DNA from: a bacterium
GTDB lineage: Bacteria > Bdellovibrionota_G > JALEGL01
Reading direction: 5' to 3'
Assembly (NCBI GenBank): GCA_022763185.1
Contig: JALEGL010000006.1
Coordinates: forward strand, 95,793 to 159,792
DNA: 64,000 nt
Notes under the pieces: generated by a model
Seen by the model: only the letters and a program-made list of their open reading frames with translations
What the model was told of the DNA's origin: nothing
Databases searched by the model: none
Shown: positions 19,073 to 27,578 of the stretch, one piece after another
How positions within the stretch are numbered: the stretch's first letter is position 1
How the letters are laid out: each line of letters begins with the position of its first letter
Translations under genes and position numbers: made by a program

Positions 19073-19405
19073 ATGTATAGAATTCAATGTTTATTTTTAA
19101 GTTTAGGTGTCTTTTTTGGTTCTTTAGCCCATGCCAAGGAGGTTGATATGTTTGTTCAGTCAGTGAACTTAAGCTTTGAAGCTTTAGAAAACAAACTTAG
19201 AACCAGAGATGCGGTATGGCTTAAAAAACATATTGTAGGATCGAACAGTGTTTATCTGCAAGGTAGGGTTGTGGTTAATTTACTTTTTCCTGATCAACGC
19301 AATTTTATGTTTTCCTGCCATGGAAATGATCAAAACTATCACTGCGATTTGGCAGAAGATAACAGAGACTTGCTTGAAGCTCTGGAGGCTAAAGATGAGA
19401 GCTAA
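19073..19405 (+). CDS. small secreted protein, C-x8-C family member 3 (no His tract)
   Basis: Start moved to ATG 19073, preceded by AAGGGGAG. Signal MYRIQCLFLSLGVFFGSLAHA|KE; C-terminal FMFSCHGNDQNYHC. Confidence 0.55.
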   Translation: MYRIQCLFLSLGVFFGSLAHAKEVDMFVQSVNLSFEALENKLRTRDAVWLKKHIVGSNSVYLQGRVVVNLLFPDQRNFMFSCHGNDQNYHCDLAEDNRDLLEALEAKDES

Positions 19406-19925
19406 TAACATTCTCAATAGTGTGGTTGCATTGTGTCTTTTGCAGCTATTTGCTTGCACAGGAATGCAGAGCACAGATTCGTTAGAAGCAATACGCGCTG
19501 TAAAGTCTTTACGACAAGATCAGAGTCTTGTGGAGCCTAAGGTCGATGATGGAGATGTAGAAGATCTTCATGCACATGATCACGAAGATAAAGCAAACAA
19601 GCATAGCGAAGATCAACACCAGGGAGATGATCATGGTGATGACCATGATCACAGCCAAGATCTCAAAAACTTAAGCATTGTTGAAATGGAAACTTGGTAT
19701 GACACTGTCAGTGAACAGCTTGTTGATCAACTGGAAAACAAAGATCTCAGACAACTGATTATCTGGCAAACGCAACAGAAAGTTTGGGCTAGGGCGGTAT
19801 TAAAAGATGCCAATCCAATGTTGTTTTTTTCATGTCAGGCGCATCAAGGCCATATTGATTGCCAAGCGGTTGAAAAAGATAAAGTTCCTGACATACCTGT
19901 CTTTGCAAACAAGGAGGATGAATGA
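19395..19925 (+). CDS. His/Asp-rich lipoprotein, C-x8-C family member 2
   Basis: Start moved to ATG 19395, preceded by GGAGG, overlapping the upstream stop. Lipobox LQLFAC, SLEA, the tract DLHAHDHEDKANKHSEDQHQGDDHGDDHDHSQD, and C-terminal LFFSCQAHQGHIDC. Confidence 0.6.
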   Translation: MRANNILNSVVALCLLQLFACTGMQSTDSLEAIRAVKSLRQDQSLVEPKVDDGDVEDLHAHDHEDKANKHSEDQHQGDDHGDDHDHSQDLKNLSIVEMETWYDTVSEQLVDQLENKDLRQLIIWQTQQKVWARAVLKDANPMLFFSCQAHQGHIDCQAVEKDKVPDIPVFANKEDE

Positions 19926-20560
19926 TGATAAAGTATAAGAATATATTGTGTTTAATTGTCATGGTTTTATGTGCAGCATGTAAGCCTCCTCAAACAAGGG
20001 ATGTTATTTCTAAACAACATAGGCAAAGTTATCAGTGTGGATTAGCCATGGCAGGCTTTGAGGCAGTTTTGAGTAAGGACAAAGAACATTTAAGGCTAAA
20101 ATTAAGTGATTTTGAACTGGACAGCAATGAACCACAAAGCCCTTTTTTGGAGTTTCAAGATTTAATGAAAAATACGGAATATCTGCTTTTTGAATCAACA
20201 GACCATAATAATGAGCAGCTTCATCACACTTGGCAACTGCTGGAGCTTAAGCAAGAAGGTGCAACAATTAAAACGCAAGCCATCGCTAAAGATATTCTAG
20301 AAACTCAAAATTTACGTATTGCACTGGTGAGGATTGCACTGCATGAAAACAATAGTCAACAGCCTGAGGGGCCTAGCCTTAGTTTTGCCGTTTATCAACA
20401 GTTGCGAGGTCAAAGTCAACCCAGTTGGTGTAAAGTTACAGCACCCGTGCAAATTGAACAGGATGGCAATGCATACCAAGTCCAAATTTTAAAATCAGCG
20501 CAAGCGCAAGTAGTGGCCAATGCGGATCACGGACATCCAGGGCATTCACATCAACATTAA
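19922..20560 (+). CDS. lipoprotein of unknown function with a C-terminal His tail
   Basis: ATG overlaps the upstream TGA. Lipobox VLCAAC. The C-terminus ends ADHGHPGHSHQH. Confidence 0.55.
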   Translation: MMIKYKNILCLIVMVLCAACKPPQTRDVISKQHRQSYQCGLAMAGFEAVLSKDKEHLRLKLSDFELDSNEPQSPFLEFQDLMKNTEYLLFESTDHNNEQLHHTWQLLELKQEGATIKTQAIAKDILETQNLRIALVRIALHENNSQQPEGPSLSFAVYQQLRGQSQPSWCKVTAPVQIEQDGNAYQVQILKSAQAQVVANADHGHPGHSHQH

Positions 20561-20640
20561 ATATAATTTATGTTTTAGGCCTAAGGAATAAACACTTAAA
20601 TTGCTTGCATTTATACAACAGTGGCGTTAACACCTTAGCC

Positions 20641-20910
20641 ATGGCTAAAGCATTAGATTCATTTGTAGATAAAGAAGTGGTGGCATGGTTATGTACACCC
20701 TTACCCACCAGTTATTTTGATAATATGCGTGACTTGCAAGTGCCGGTAGAAAGTATTTCTGGTAAAATTATAGCAGAAAAAAACTCCGGTTTGGTGTTTG
20801 AAATCAGTGCTGTAGGCAGCACTTTAATAAACTTGCAAAACGTTCCTGCGCAACAGATTTTTTTGCCTTTTCATAAAATTGATTCAATGCAATTTAAGGA
20901 TGCTTCATGA
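20641..20910 (+). CDS. small conserved-looking protein of unknown function, translationally coupled to pgk
   Basis: 89 aa from ATG 20641 (the track uses an upstream TTG). Its stop overlaps the pgk start (ATGA). No recognisable motif. Confidence 0.45.
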   Translation: MAKALDSFVDKEVVAWLCTPLPTSYFDNMRDLQVPVESISGKIIAEKNSGLVFEISAVGSTLINLQNVPAQQIFLPFHKIDSMQFKDAS

Positions 20911-22121
20911 TCACCTTGAATCAAGATCAGATCCCCTGTTTGGAGGATATTGATCTGGCCGGGAAAAAAGTGTTGTGTCGTATGGATTACAATGTCCCTT
21001 TAGATGGAGAGTCTAACATTACCGATGATACGCGAATCCAAGCCAGCTTGCCAACCTTGAACTATCTTCTTGAACAAGGGGCCTATGTAACGCTTATATC
21101 GCATTTGGGGCGGCCTAAAGGTAAGTATACTAAAGCTTTTTCCTTGCTGCCGGTGGCCTCTTACTTATGCGACAAGCTTGATCAAGAGGTGATTTTAACC
21201 GATGATTGCGTGGGAGATGGGGTTAAAAAAATTTTAAATACCCGTGACCAACAACAACTGTTGATGCTGGAAAACCTACGTTTTCACGTCCAAGAAAAAG
21301 AAAATGATGTTGTTTTTGCTCAAGGCTTAAAAGCCAACCATGATATTTTTGTTAATGATGCCTTTGGTGTGTGCCATCGTGCGCATACCAGTGTGGATGC
21401 ATTACCGCGTTTGTTTGCCAATGGGCATAAATGCATAGGCAAGCTGGTTGAGCAAGAAATCAAAGCCATAGAGCCCTTGCTCAAAGATGCAGCTAAACCT
21501 TTTGCATTAATCATGGGCGGAGCTAAGGTCTCGGATAAAATTAAGGTTTTAGAAAGTTTGCTTAAAAAAGTAGACTACTTGTTTCTTGGTGGCGCCATGG
21601 TCTTTACTTTTCTTAAGGCAGAAGGTAAAAACATTGGCTTATCTAGATTTGAAGCCGATAAAGTAGACTATGCCAAAAAACTATTGCAAATGGCCAGAGA
21701 TTATAAAGTTAGGATTTGTTTCCCTAAAGATTACCATGTGGCCAGCAGTATGGATGCAATTGACCAAGCTTATGTGACCAGAAATGACAGAATAGATGAT
21801 GGCGTTATGGCCCTTGATATTGGGCCAAAAACGCTGGAGTATTTTTCTGAGCAGCTGCGGGATTGTAAAACTGTGTTTTGGAATGGGCCTATGGGTTGGT
21901 TTGAGCAACAACCATTTGATGCTGGTAGTATAGGCTTGGCCAAAGAGCTGGCAAATTTGGATGCCAATTGTATCATTGGCGGCGGCGATTCGGCTGCAGC
22001 TGTGGTTCAGTCAGGTTACGCCCAAAAAATGACACATATTTCTACCGGTGGTGGCGCGACTTTAAGCTTTTTAGAAGGTAAGCGTTTACCAGGCTTAAGT
22101 AGTATGGTGGTCAAAAAATAA
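20907..22121 (+). CDS. pgk: phosphoglycerate kinase
   Basis: RMDYNVPL, ISHLGRPKG, NDAFGVCHRAHTS, GGAKVSDKI and STGGGATLSFLEG motifs. Confidence 0.95.
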   Translation: MITLNQDQIPCLEDIDLAGKKVLCRMDYNVPLDGESNITDDTRIQASLPTLNYLLEQGAYVTLISHLGRPKGKYTKAFSLLPVASYLCDKLDQEVILTDDCVGDGVKKILNTRDQQQLLMLENLRFHVQEKENDVVFAQGLKANHDIFVNDAFGVCHRAHTSVDALPRLFANGHKCIGKLVEQEIKAIEPLLKDAAKPFALIMGGAKVSDKIKVLESLLKKVDYLFLGGAMVFTFLKAEGKNIGLSRFEADKVDYAKKLLQMARDYKVRICFPKDYHVASSMDAIDQAYVTRNDRIDDGVMALDIGPKTLEYFSEQLRDCKTVFWNGPMGWFEQQPFDAGSIGLAKELANLDANCIIGGGDSAAAVVQSGYAQKMTHISTGGGATLSFLEGKRLPGLSSMVVKK

Positions 22122-22138
22122 AAGAGTAGGTTAAAGTC

Positions 22139-22900
22139 ATGCAGAGAAGAAAACTATTTGTTGCCAATTGGAAAATGAACAAAACGGTATCAGAATCCAT
22201 CCGTTGTGCCACAGAGTTGAAAAATTTATTATCTGGTAAGCAAGAGCATGAAGTCGTTATTTGTCCGCCATTTACAAGCCTATCTGCCTTAGAGCTTGTT
22301 TTACAAGAAGTTTCTGTTTTTACAGGTGCTCAAAATATGCATGCCTTGGATTCTGGGGCCTTTACTGGAGAAGTGTCGCCTAGAATGTTGGTTGATGTCG
22401 GCTGTGATTATGTTATTCTGGGACACAGTGAACGGCGACAAATGTATGCCGAAAATGAAGAGAGCTTAAGTAAGAAAATCAAGGCTGCTCTAGATCATGG
22501 CTTGATTCCAATTTATTGTGTCGGCGAAAGTGATGAACAAAATCAAGCTGGTCAAAGTTTTGATGTAATTGAACAACAGTTGCAAAATGCTTTACGGGGC
22601 TTAAGTCATGCAGAAGGCTTTAGATTGGTGGTTGCTTATGAGCCAATTTGGGCTATTGGTACAGGAAGGTCGGCAAGCCCAGATTGGGCAGATAAAATAC
22701 ATGCCTTTATCAGGGAAAAACTTGCGGTAATCTTTACAAAGGATGTAGCCAACAGCTTAAGAATCCTGTATGGAGGTTCTGTAAACCAGGATAATATTGG
22801 TTTATTGATGGATCAAGAGAATATAGACGGTGCATTGGTCGGCGGAGCGAGTTTAGATGCCAAACATTTTACAAGCATTGTCAAATATGGAGATAAGTAG
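22139..22900 (+). CDS. tpiA: triose-phosphate isomerase
   Basis: VANWKMN, ILGHSERR, AYEPIWAIGTG and YGGSVN motifs. Confidence 0.95.
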   Translation: MQRRKLFVANWKMNKTVSESIRCATELKNLLSGKQEHEVVICPPFTSLSALELVLQEVSVFTGAQNMHALDSGAFTGEVSPRMLVDVGCDYVILGHSERRQMYAENEESLSKKIKAALDHGLIPIYCVGESDEQNQAGQSFDVIEQQLQNALRGLSHAEGFRLVVAYEPIWAIGTGRSASPDWADKIHAFIREKLAVIFTKDVANSLRILYGGSVNQDNIGLLMDQENIDGALVGGASLDAKHFTSIVKYGDK

Positions 22901-22902
22901 TT

Positions 22903-23445
22903 ATGATAGGATTAGTATCGTTTGTGCATATTGCAGTGTGTTTGTTGTTAATAGTTATTGTATTGCTGCAACACGGAAAAGGTGCCGATGCCGGTGCAGC
23001 CTTGGGTGGTGGACAGTCAGGGGTGTTTGGTGCAAGAGGAGCAGCAAGCTTTTTAAGTAAAGTGACAACAAGCTGTGCTGTTATATTTATGTTGACCAGT
23101 TTGAGTTTGGTTTATTTTTCATCGCAAGAGGCCAATCAAACCGTTTTTGATGGTACAGAAGCAACAACATCCAGTGAAGCCTTAGAGGAAGCAACAGAAA
23201 GTGCAGCAACGGGTATTGCGCAGGACGCAGAAGAAGTTGCAGAGGATGTTAAAGCAGCAGGTAAAGAAGTTGTTGATGCAGGGAGTACAGCAGCGGATGA
23301 AGTGTCTGAAAAAGCCAAAGTTGTTGTTGATAAAACAGTTGAAGCAAGTAAAGAAACTGCAAAGGAAGTTAAAGAAACAGTAACAAAAACAGTCAATGAA
23401 GCTGCAAAAAAAGTGGAAGAAGCAACTGATACAGAAAAAAAATAA
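22903..23445 (+). CDS. secG: preprotein translocase subunit SecG with a ~105-aa Ala/Glu/Lys-rich C-terminal extension
   Basis: Core VLLQHGKGADAGAALGGG plus a second TM (first ~75 aa) in the conserved pgk-tpiA-secG position. The remainder is low-complexity (EEATESAATGIAQDAEEVAEDVKAAGKEVVD...KKVEEATDTEKK). Confidence 0.8.
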   Translation: MIGLVSFVHIAVCLLLIVIVLLQHGKGADAGAALGGGQSGVFGARGAASFLSKVTTSCAVIFMLTSLSLVYFSSQEANQTVFDGTEATTSSEALEEATESAATGIAQDAEEVAEDVKAAGKEVVDAGSTAADEVSEKAKVVVDKTVEASKETAKEVKETVTKTVNEAAKKVEEATDTEKK

Positions 23446-23469
23446 TTCATTACAATCAAGAGGTATAAA

Positions 23470-24645
23470 ATGACACAGGAAGTATGCATCGTCAGCGCAG
23501 TAAGAACCCCTATTGGAAGTTTTTTAGGGTCATTGACCTCTTTAACCGCACCGCAATTGGGTGCAAAAGCTATTTCCGCTGCGGTTGAAAAAGCGGGAAT
23601 CAATAAAGATCAAATTGATGAAGTCATTATGGGCAATGTGCTGACAGCAGCTATTGGCCAAGCGCCAGCGAGACAAGCTGCTATTTTTGCAGGTCTCCCT
23701 AAACATATTCCGTGTACTACCATTGGTAAAGTTTGCGGCTCTGGTCTAAAATCAGTCATGATGGCTAGTCAAGCTATTCGTTGTGGTGATGCCCATGTGG
23801 TTGTTGCAGGAGGTATGGAAAGTATGTCCAATGCACCTCACGCCATGCATATGCGTCAAGGGCAAAAACTGGGACACAGCAAAATTATCGATACCATGTT
23901 GCATGATGGTTTATGGGATGTTTACAATGATTTTCATATGGGTCAAGCTGGAGAGTTGTGTGCCAAAGAAAAAAACATCAGTCGTGAGCAGCAAGATGCC
24001 TATGCCAAAAGTAGTTATGAACGCGCGCAAAAAGCTAGCAACGAGGGTTTGTTTAAAGATGAGATTGTTCCCATAGAGATTCAGCAAAGAAAAGAAACGA
24101 TTACTGTAGATAGAGACGAAGATATTGATAAAGCCAAATTTGATAAATTCGCCACATTAAGGCCGGCCTTTGATAAAGAGGGTACAATAACAGCTGCCAA
24201 TGCCTCTAACATCAATGACGGAGCAGCGGCAGTGGTTTTAGCCAGTAAAGAATGGTGTGAGAAAAATAATGTTCCTTATCTGGCCATAATTGAAGGAAGT
24301 ACACAAGCTGCCCGTGAACCACAGTGGTTTACCATGGCGCCAGCAGACGCAGTAAATGCTTTACATCAAAAATTATCGTGGAATAAAGATGATGTGGATG
24401 CTTATGAAATCAATGAAGCCTTTTCTTTGGTTTCCCTGGCGGTGAGCGAACAGCTTGGTTTAGATTTAGCCAAAGTCAATCCAAGAGGCGGTGCTGTAGC
24501 CATGGGTCACCCTATTGGCGCCAGTGGTTGCAGAATCTTGGTCACGCTTTTACATCACTTAAAGCAAAACAAGCTTAAAAAAGGTATTGCCAGCTTATGC
24601 ATTGGCGGCGGCGAAGCAGTGGCTTTGGCTGTTCACATGCAGTAG
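23470..24645 (+). CDS. acetyl-CoA C-acetyltransferase (thiolase II)
   Basis: Active-site blocks VCGSGLKSV, NEAFS, GHPIGASGCRIL and CIGGGEAVA. Confidence 0.9.
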   Translation: MTQEVCIVSAVRTPIGSFLGSLTSLTAPQLGAKAISAAVEKAGINKDQIDEVIMGNVLTAAIGQAPARQAAIFAGLPKHIPCTTIGKVCGSGLKSVMMASQAIRCGDAHVVVAGGMESMSNAPHAMHMRQGQKLGHSKIIDTMLHDGLWDVYNDFHMGQAGELCAKEKNISREQQDAYAKSSYERAQKASNEGLFKDEIVPIEIQQRKETITVDRDEDIDKAKFDKFATLRPAFDKEGTITAANASNINDGAAAVVLASKEWCEKNNVPYLAIIEGSTQAAREPQWFTMAPADAVNALHQKLSWNKDDVDAYEINEAFSLVSLAVSEQLGLDLAKVNPRGGAVAMGHPIGASGCRILVTLLHHLKQNKLKKGIASLCIGGGEAVALAVHMQ

Positions 24646-24735
24646 AGATTTTAATCGTTATTTTATACCAACTGGGTTAGGCTAAAATACTTTATAGTTT
24701 ATTTTTTAGTTTGTTTAGATTACTTTAAACAAAGT

Positions 24736-25485
24736 ATGCAGTCATTGGAAGCTATCGTTCATTGGAATATTGTCCTTACCTTAAAAGCCCATATTAAAAA
24801 TCATATTAAACTTGATGATGCTTTATTTTCTGACAAAATCGAATCCTGTAAGTTTTTATCAAATAATCATGTGATTGCGCAATCCTTGCTCGACTTTGTA
24901 AAGCTCGTCAAAGGACAAAAGATTAACGATATTTTATGCTATGTTGGTTCTGACGCCGATTTAAAAACAATGTCCAACCCTGTTGTTTACGAGGAAAAAG
25001 GTTCTTTATATGTGTTGCTTGTTTACGAAAATCACAGCAGTTTTTGGAAAATGAGCATTTCTCAGGGCGAACATTTATCGAATGTCTGTTATCATTATGT
25101 TGGTAAGACTGATATTGCTTTGAAAGCAATGCAATCTAATATTGCAAGTTTAAAAAAAGATATAGGTCAACTGTATGAGGATGCTTTAGAAGAATACAAA
25201 TCGATGCCTGAAACATTGTTTTTTGATGATTCAAGAAACTATATACTGCAATGCTTTGAAGATGCTCTAGAACAAATTCAAACAGACCCTAGAGCAGTAG
25301 ATTCGACATTTTGGTGTCCAGAATTAGTGAGTGATGATGTTTACCAAGTTTTAAGTTCATTGAGAAAAATCCCTCTGGTGCATCGCATGGGATCATTTTT
25401 AGACATGCACAGCACAATAGCTCCTGCTCATGGAAAGCTTTACAACAAACAGAATTTAATTCTACAACAGTGTATCAATGCTTGA
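24736..25485 (+). CDS. hypothetical cytoplasmic protein
   Basis: 249-aa ORF with no signal peptide and no recognisable motif. Followed by hairpin AAGGTGA-N6-TCACCTT. Confidence 0.45.
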   Translation: MQSLEAIVHWNIVLTLKAHIKNHIKLDDALFSDKIESCKFLSNNHVIAQSLLDFVKLVKGQKINDILCYVGSDADLKTMSNPVVYEEKGSLYVLLVYENHSSFWKMSISQGEHLSNVCYHYVGKTDIALKAMQSNIASLKKDIGQLYEDALEEYKSMPETLFFDDSRNYILQCFEDALEQIQTDPRAVDSTFWCPELVSDDVYQVLSSLRKIPLVHRMGSFLDMHSTIAPAHGKLYNKQNLILQQCINA

Positions 25486-25666
25486 TGTTTTAAATGTTTG
25501 GTTTTGAGAAAGGTGAAGCAAATCACCTTCAGATCAAGCGGAATTGCAGCCTTGGCACTTGACTTTTTGAAGTGGCTTTAAAAAAGCGCCGAGACTTTTT
25601 GGTTGTTTTTGATCAATAAAATCGACAACTCGCAAATAGACACGGTGAGACAGACCCTTTAAGGTA

Positions 25667-26323
25667 TCAAGGCTTATCAATTTTTTGCATTTTTAGTCGT
25701 TTTTCATGTTCAGCTTCTGAATTGAAAAAGCGTACTTTAGAATAAGTGTTTTTTAAACGTATGTGGTCTTGCATACGGGCTTCATATTCAGCTTGAATTT
25801 TATCATAATCACCTTGCCATGAATCGCAGCTAAGTTGACTTCTTTCTTCTGCAAACACACAATGACAAATGCGGGGGGACTCTGGGTTACGAACAGCAAA
25901 GGTAAATTCTTTTGTATCGCTGGGCAGTGAATAAACAGCAGATTTATCTGAATCTAAATCTGCTTTATAGCTGTAACCAAAAACAATATTAGGATCATAT
26001 TCTGTATTACCAAAATTATCGGTGTGTTTGCTTTCCTCAAGGTTTAAGCCATTAATCGAGTTTATATGATTGATAAAAGCTTGGTTGCTGTGAAGCTGTC
26101 CGGCATGAATAGAAGTTGCACCTGGGCGGACAAAAAACAGCGCTTTAACCGAGGCTTCATATGTGGCGGAAACAGTTCGGATTTCTTTGATAGAAGTGAT
26201 AAGATCAAGACACACTTCATCTTGTGCAACATAACTTTCATAAGATTGAGATAAAGCATTGAAGCTCAAAAGTAGTGTGAGTAATGTTAATACCATAGAA
26301 GTTTTATTGAATTTTTTAAACAT
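25667..26323 (-). CDS. hypothetical secreted protein
   Basis: Signal peptide MFKKFNKTSMVLTLLTLLLSFNALS|QS, four Cys, no recognisable family. Confidence 0.5.
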   Translation of the reverse strand: MFKKFNKTSMVLTLLTLLLSFNALSQSYESYVAQDEVCLDLITSIKEIRTVSATYEASVKALFFVRPGATSIHAGQLHSNQAFINHINSINGLNLEESKHTDNFGNTEYDPNIVFGYSYKADLDSDKSAVYSLPSDTKEFTFAVRNPESPRICHCVFAEERSQLSCDSWQGDYDKIQAEYEARMQDHIRLKNTYSKVRFFNSEAEHEKRLKMQKIDKP

Positions 26324-26537
26324 GGCTCCCCTTTTTCGATTTGAGTCATCGGGTATACTGTATTCAAGCTTTAAAAGTCAAGCATCAATCATGCACCCAA
26401 TTCCAATAATTATGAATAGGATGCCGGTCTATTTTGCATTTTTAATTATTTAAACTTATAAGACTATAAAGTATTTTTGCATTCCCAAGAGCCCGCCGTA
26501 GCTATGGGGAAAGAATTGTGGATAAGGTGGAGTTGAT

Positions 26538-27389
26538 ATGATGAAAATAGGGGTTGTTGGAGCTGGACAAATGGGTTCAGGTATTGCGCAAGTTGCAGCT
26601 GCGCATGATTTTGATGTGGTTTTGTATGATGTTAGTGAAGATAGAATTGCCTGGGGAAAAAACAATATTGAAAGCAGTTTAAGCCGTTTGGTGAAAAAAG
26701 AAAAAATTTCTCCTGAGAATAAAAATTCTATTATGGCCAAGGTGCATACAAGTACAGATATACAAGCCTTTGCCGACTGTGGCTTGGTGATTGAAGCCGC
26801 AACAGAAAATGAAACCATCAAGTTTGAAATTTTTAAATCGCTTGATTCAATTACCCAAAAAGACTGTATTTTGGCCAGTAATACCTCCTCTATTCCCATC
26901 ACCAAGATTGCTGCGCAAACCAGTAGGCCTGATAAAGTCATTGGCATGCACTTTATGAACCCCGTTCCCATTATGAAATTGGTGGAGGTCATTCGCGGCT
27001 TGCTTACATCTGATGAAACCTACAATACAGTCATTGAGTTATCGCAAAAAATGAGCAAAGAAACCGTAGCCGTGGAAGATTTTCCGGGCTTTTTGGTCAA
27101 TAGAATCTTATGCCCTATGATCAATGAAGCTGTCTTTGCTTTAGAGAGCGGTATTGCCAAAGCTGAAGACATTGACACGGCAATGAAATTAGGCACCAAT
27201 CAACCCATGGGTCCTTTAGAATTGGCGGACTTTATTGGCCTGGATACCTGCCTCTATATCATGGAAGTTTTGCATACTGGCTTAGGAGAAGATAAATTTA
27301 GACCCGCACCCTTATTAAGAAAATACGTACAGGCTGGCTTATTGGGTAGAAAGTCTGGACGCGGCTTTTACACTTATGAGGGGAAATAA
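26538..27389 (+). CDS. hbd: 3-hydroxybutyryl-CoA dehydrogenase
   Basis: Rossmann motif KIGVVGAGQMGSGIAQV, SNTSSIPIT, HFMNPVP, and the C-terminal GRKSGRGFY typical of HBD/HADH. Confidence 0.9.
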   Translation: MMKIGVVGAGQMGSGIAQVAAAHDFDVVLYDVSEDRIAWGKNNIESSLSRLVKKEKISPENKNSIMAKVHTSTDIQAFADCGLVIEAATENETIKFEIFKSLDSITQKDCILASNTSSIPITKIAAQTSRPDKVIGMHFMNPVPIMKLVEVIRGLLTSDETYNTVIELSQKMSKETVAVEDFPGFLVNRILCPMINEAVFALESGIAKAEDIDTAMKLGTNQPMGPLELADFIGLDTCLYIMEVLHTGLGEDKFRPAPLLRKYVQAGLLGRKSGRGFYTYEGK

Positions 27390-27390
27390 A

Positions 27391-27576
27391 ATGCCAGTAA
27401 TGCTGTTGCAAATAGAAAAAAGTTTTCTAACAGCTCAGACAGATGCTTGGCTATGCCAAGCAAAACTCGCTGTACGAGAATCTTTTTTATATTTGCAAGA
27501 ATTGAAGAGGGTGTTGTTACTTACCTCTGAGGAAAAGTTGGTTTTAAAAAAGTTTAAAGATAGGGGGAGGCGGTAA
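27391..27576 (+). CDS. possible small protein (61 aa) between hbd and crt
   Basis: ATG 2 nt after the hbd stop with GAGGGGA upstream. It ends 3 nt before the crt ATG. Predicted helical with a basic C-terminus (KKFKDRGRR). There is no homology evidence. Confidence 0.25.
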   Translation: MPVMLLQIEKSFLTAQTDAWLCQAKLAVRESFLYLQELKRVLLLTSEEKLVLKKFKDRGRR

Positions 27577-27578
27577 TC

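Noticed and set aside
23136-23603. A 155-aa minus-strand ORF rich in Ala/Ser/Thr.
   Set aside because: It is antisense to the SecG low-complexity tail and the thiolase start. Its composition is the complement of the GAA/GCA-rich repeats, so it is not independent coding evidence.
26456-26992. A 178-aa minus-strand ORF.
   Set aside because: It is antisense to the well-supported hbd gene (Rossmann motif and HBD signatures on the + strand) and extends into the promoter region. It is most likely a chance open frame.
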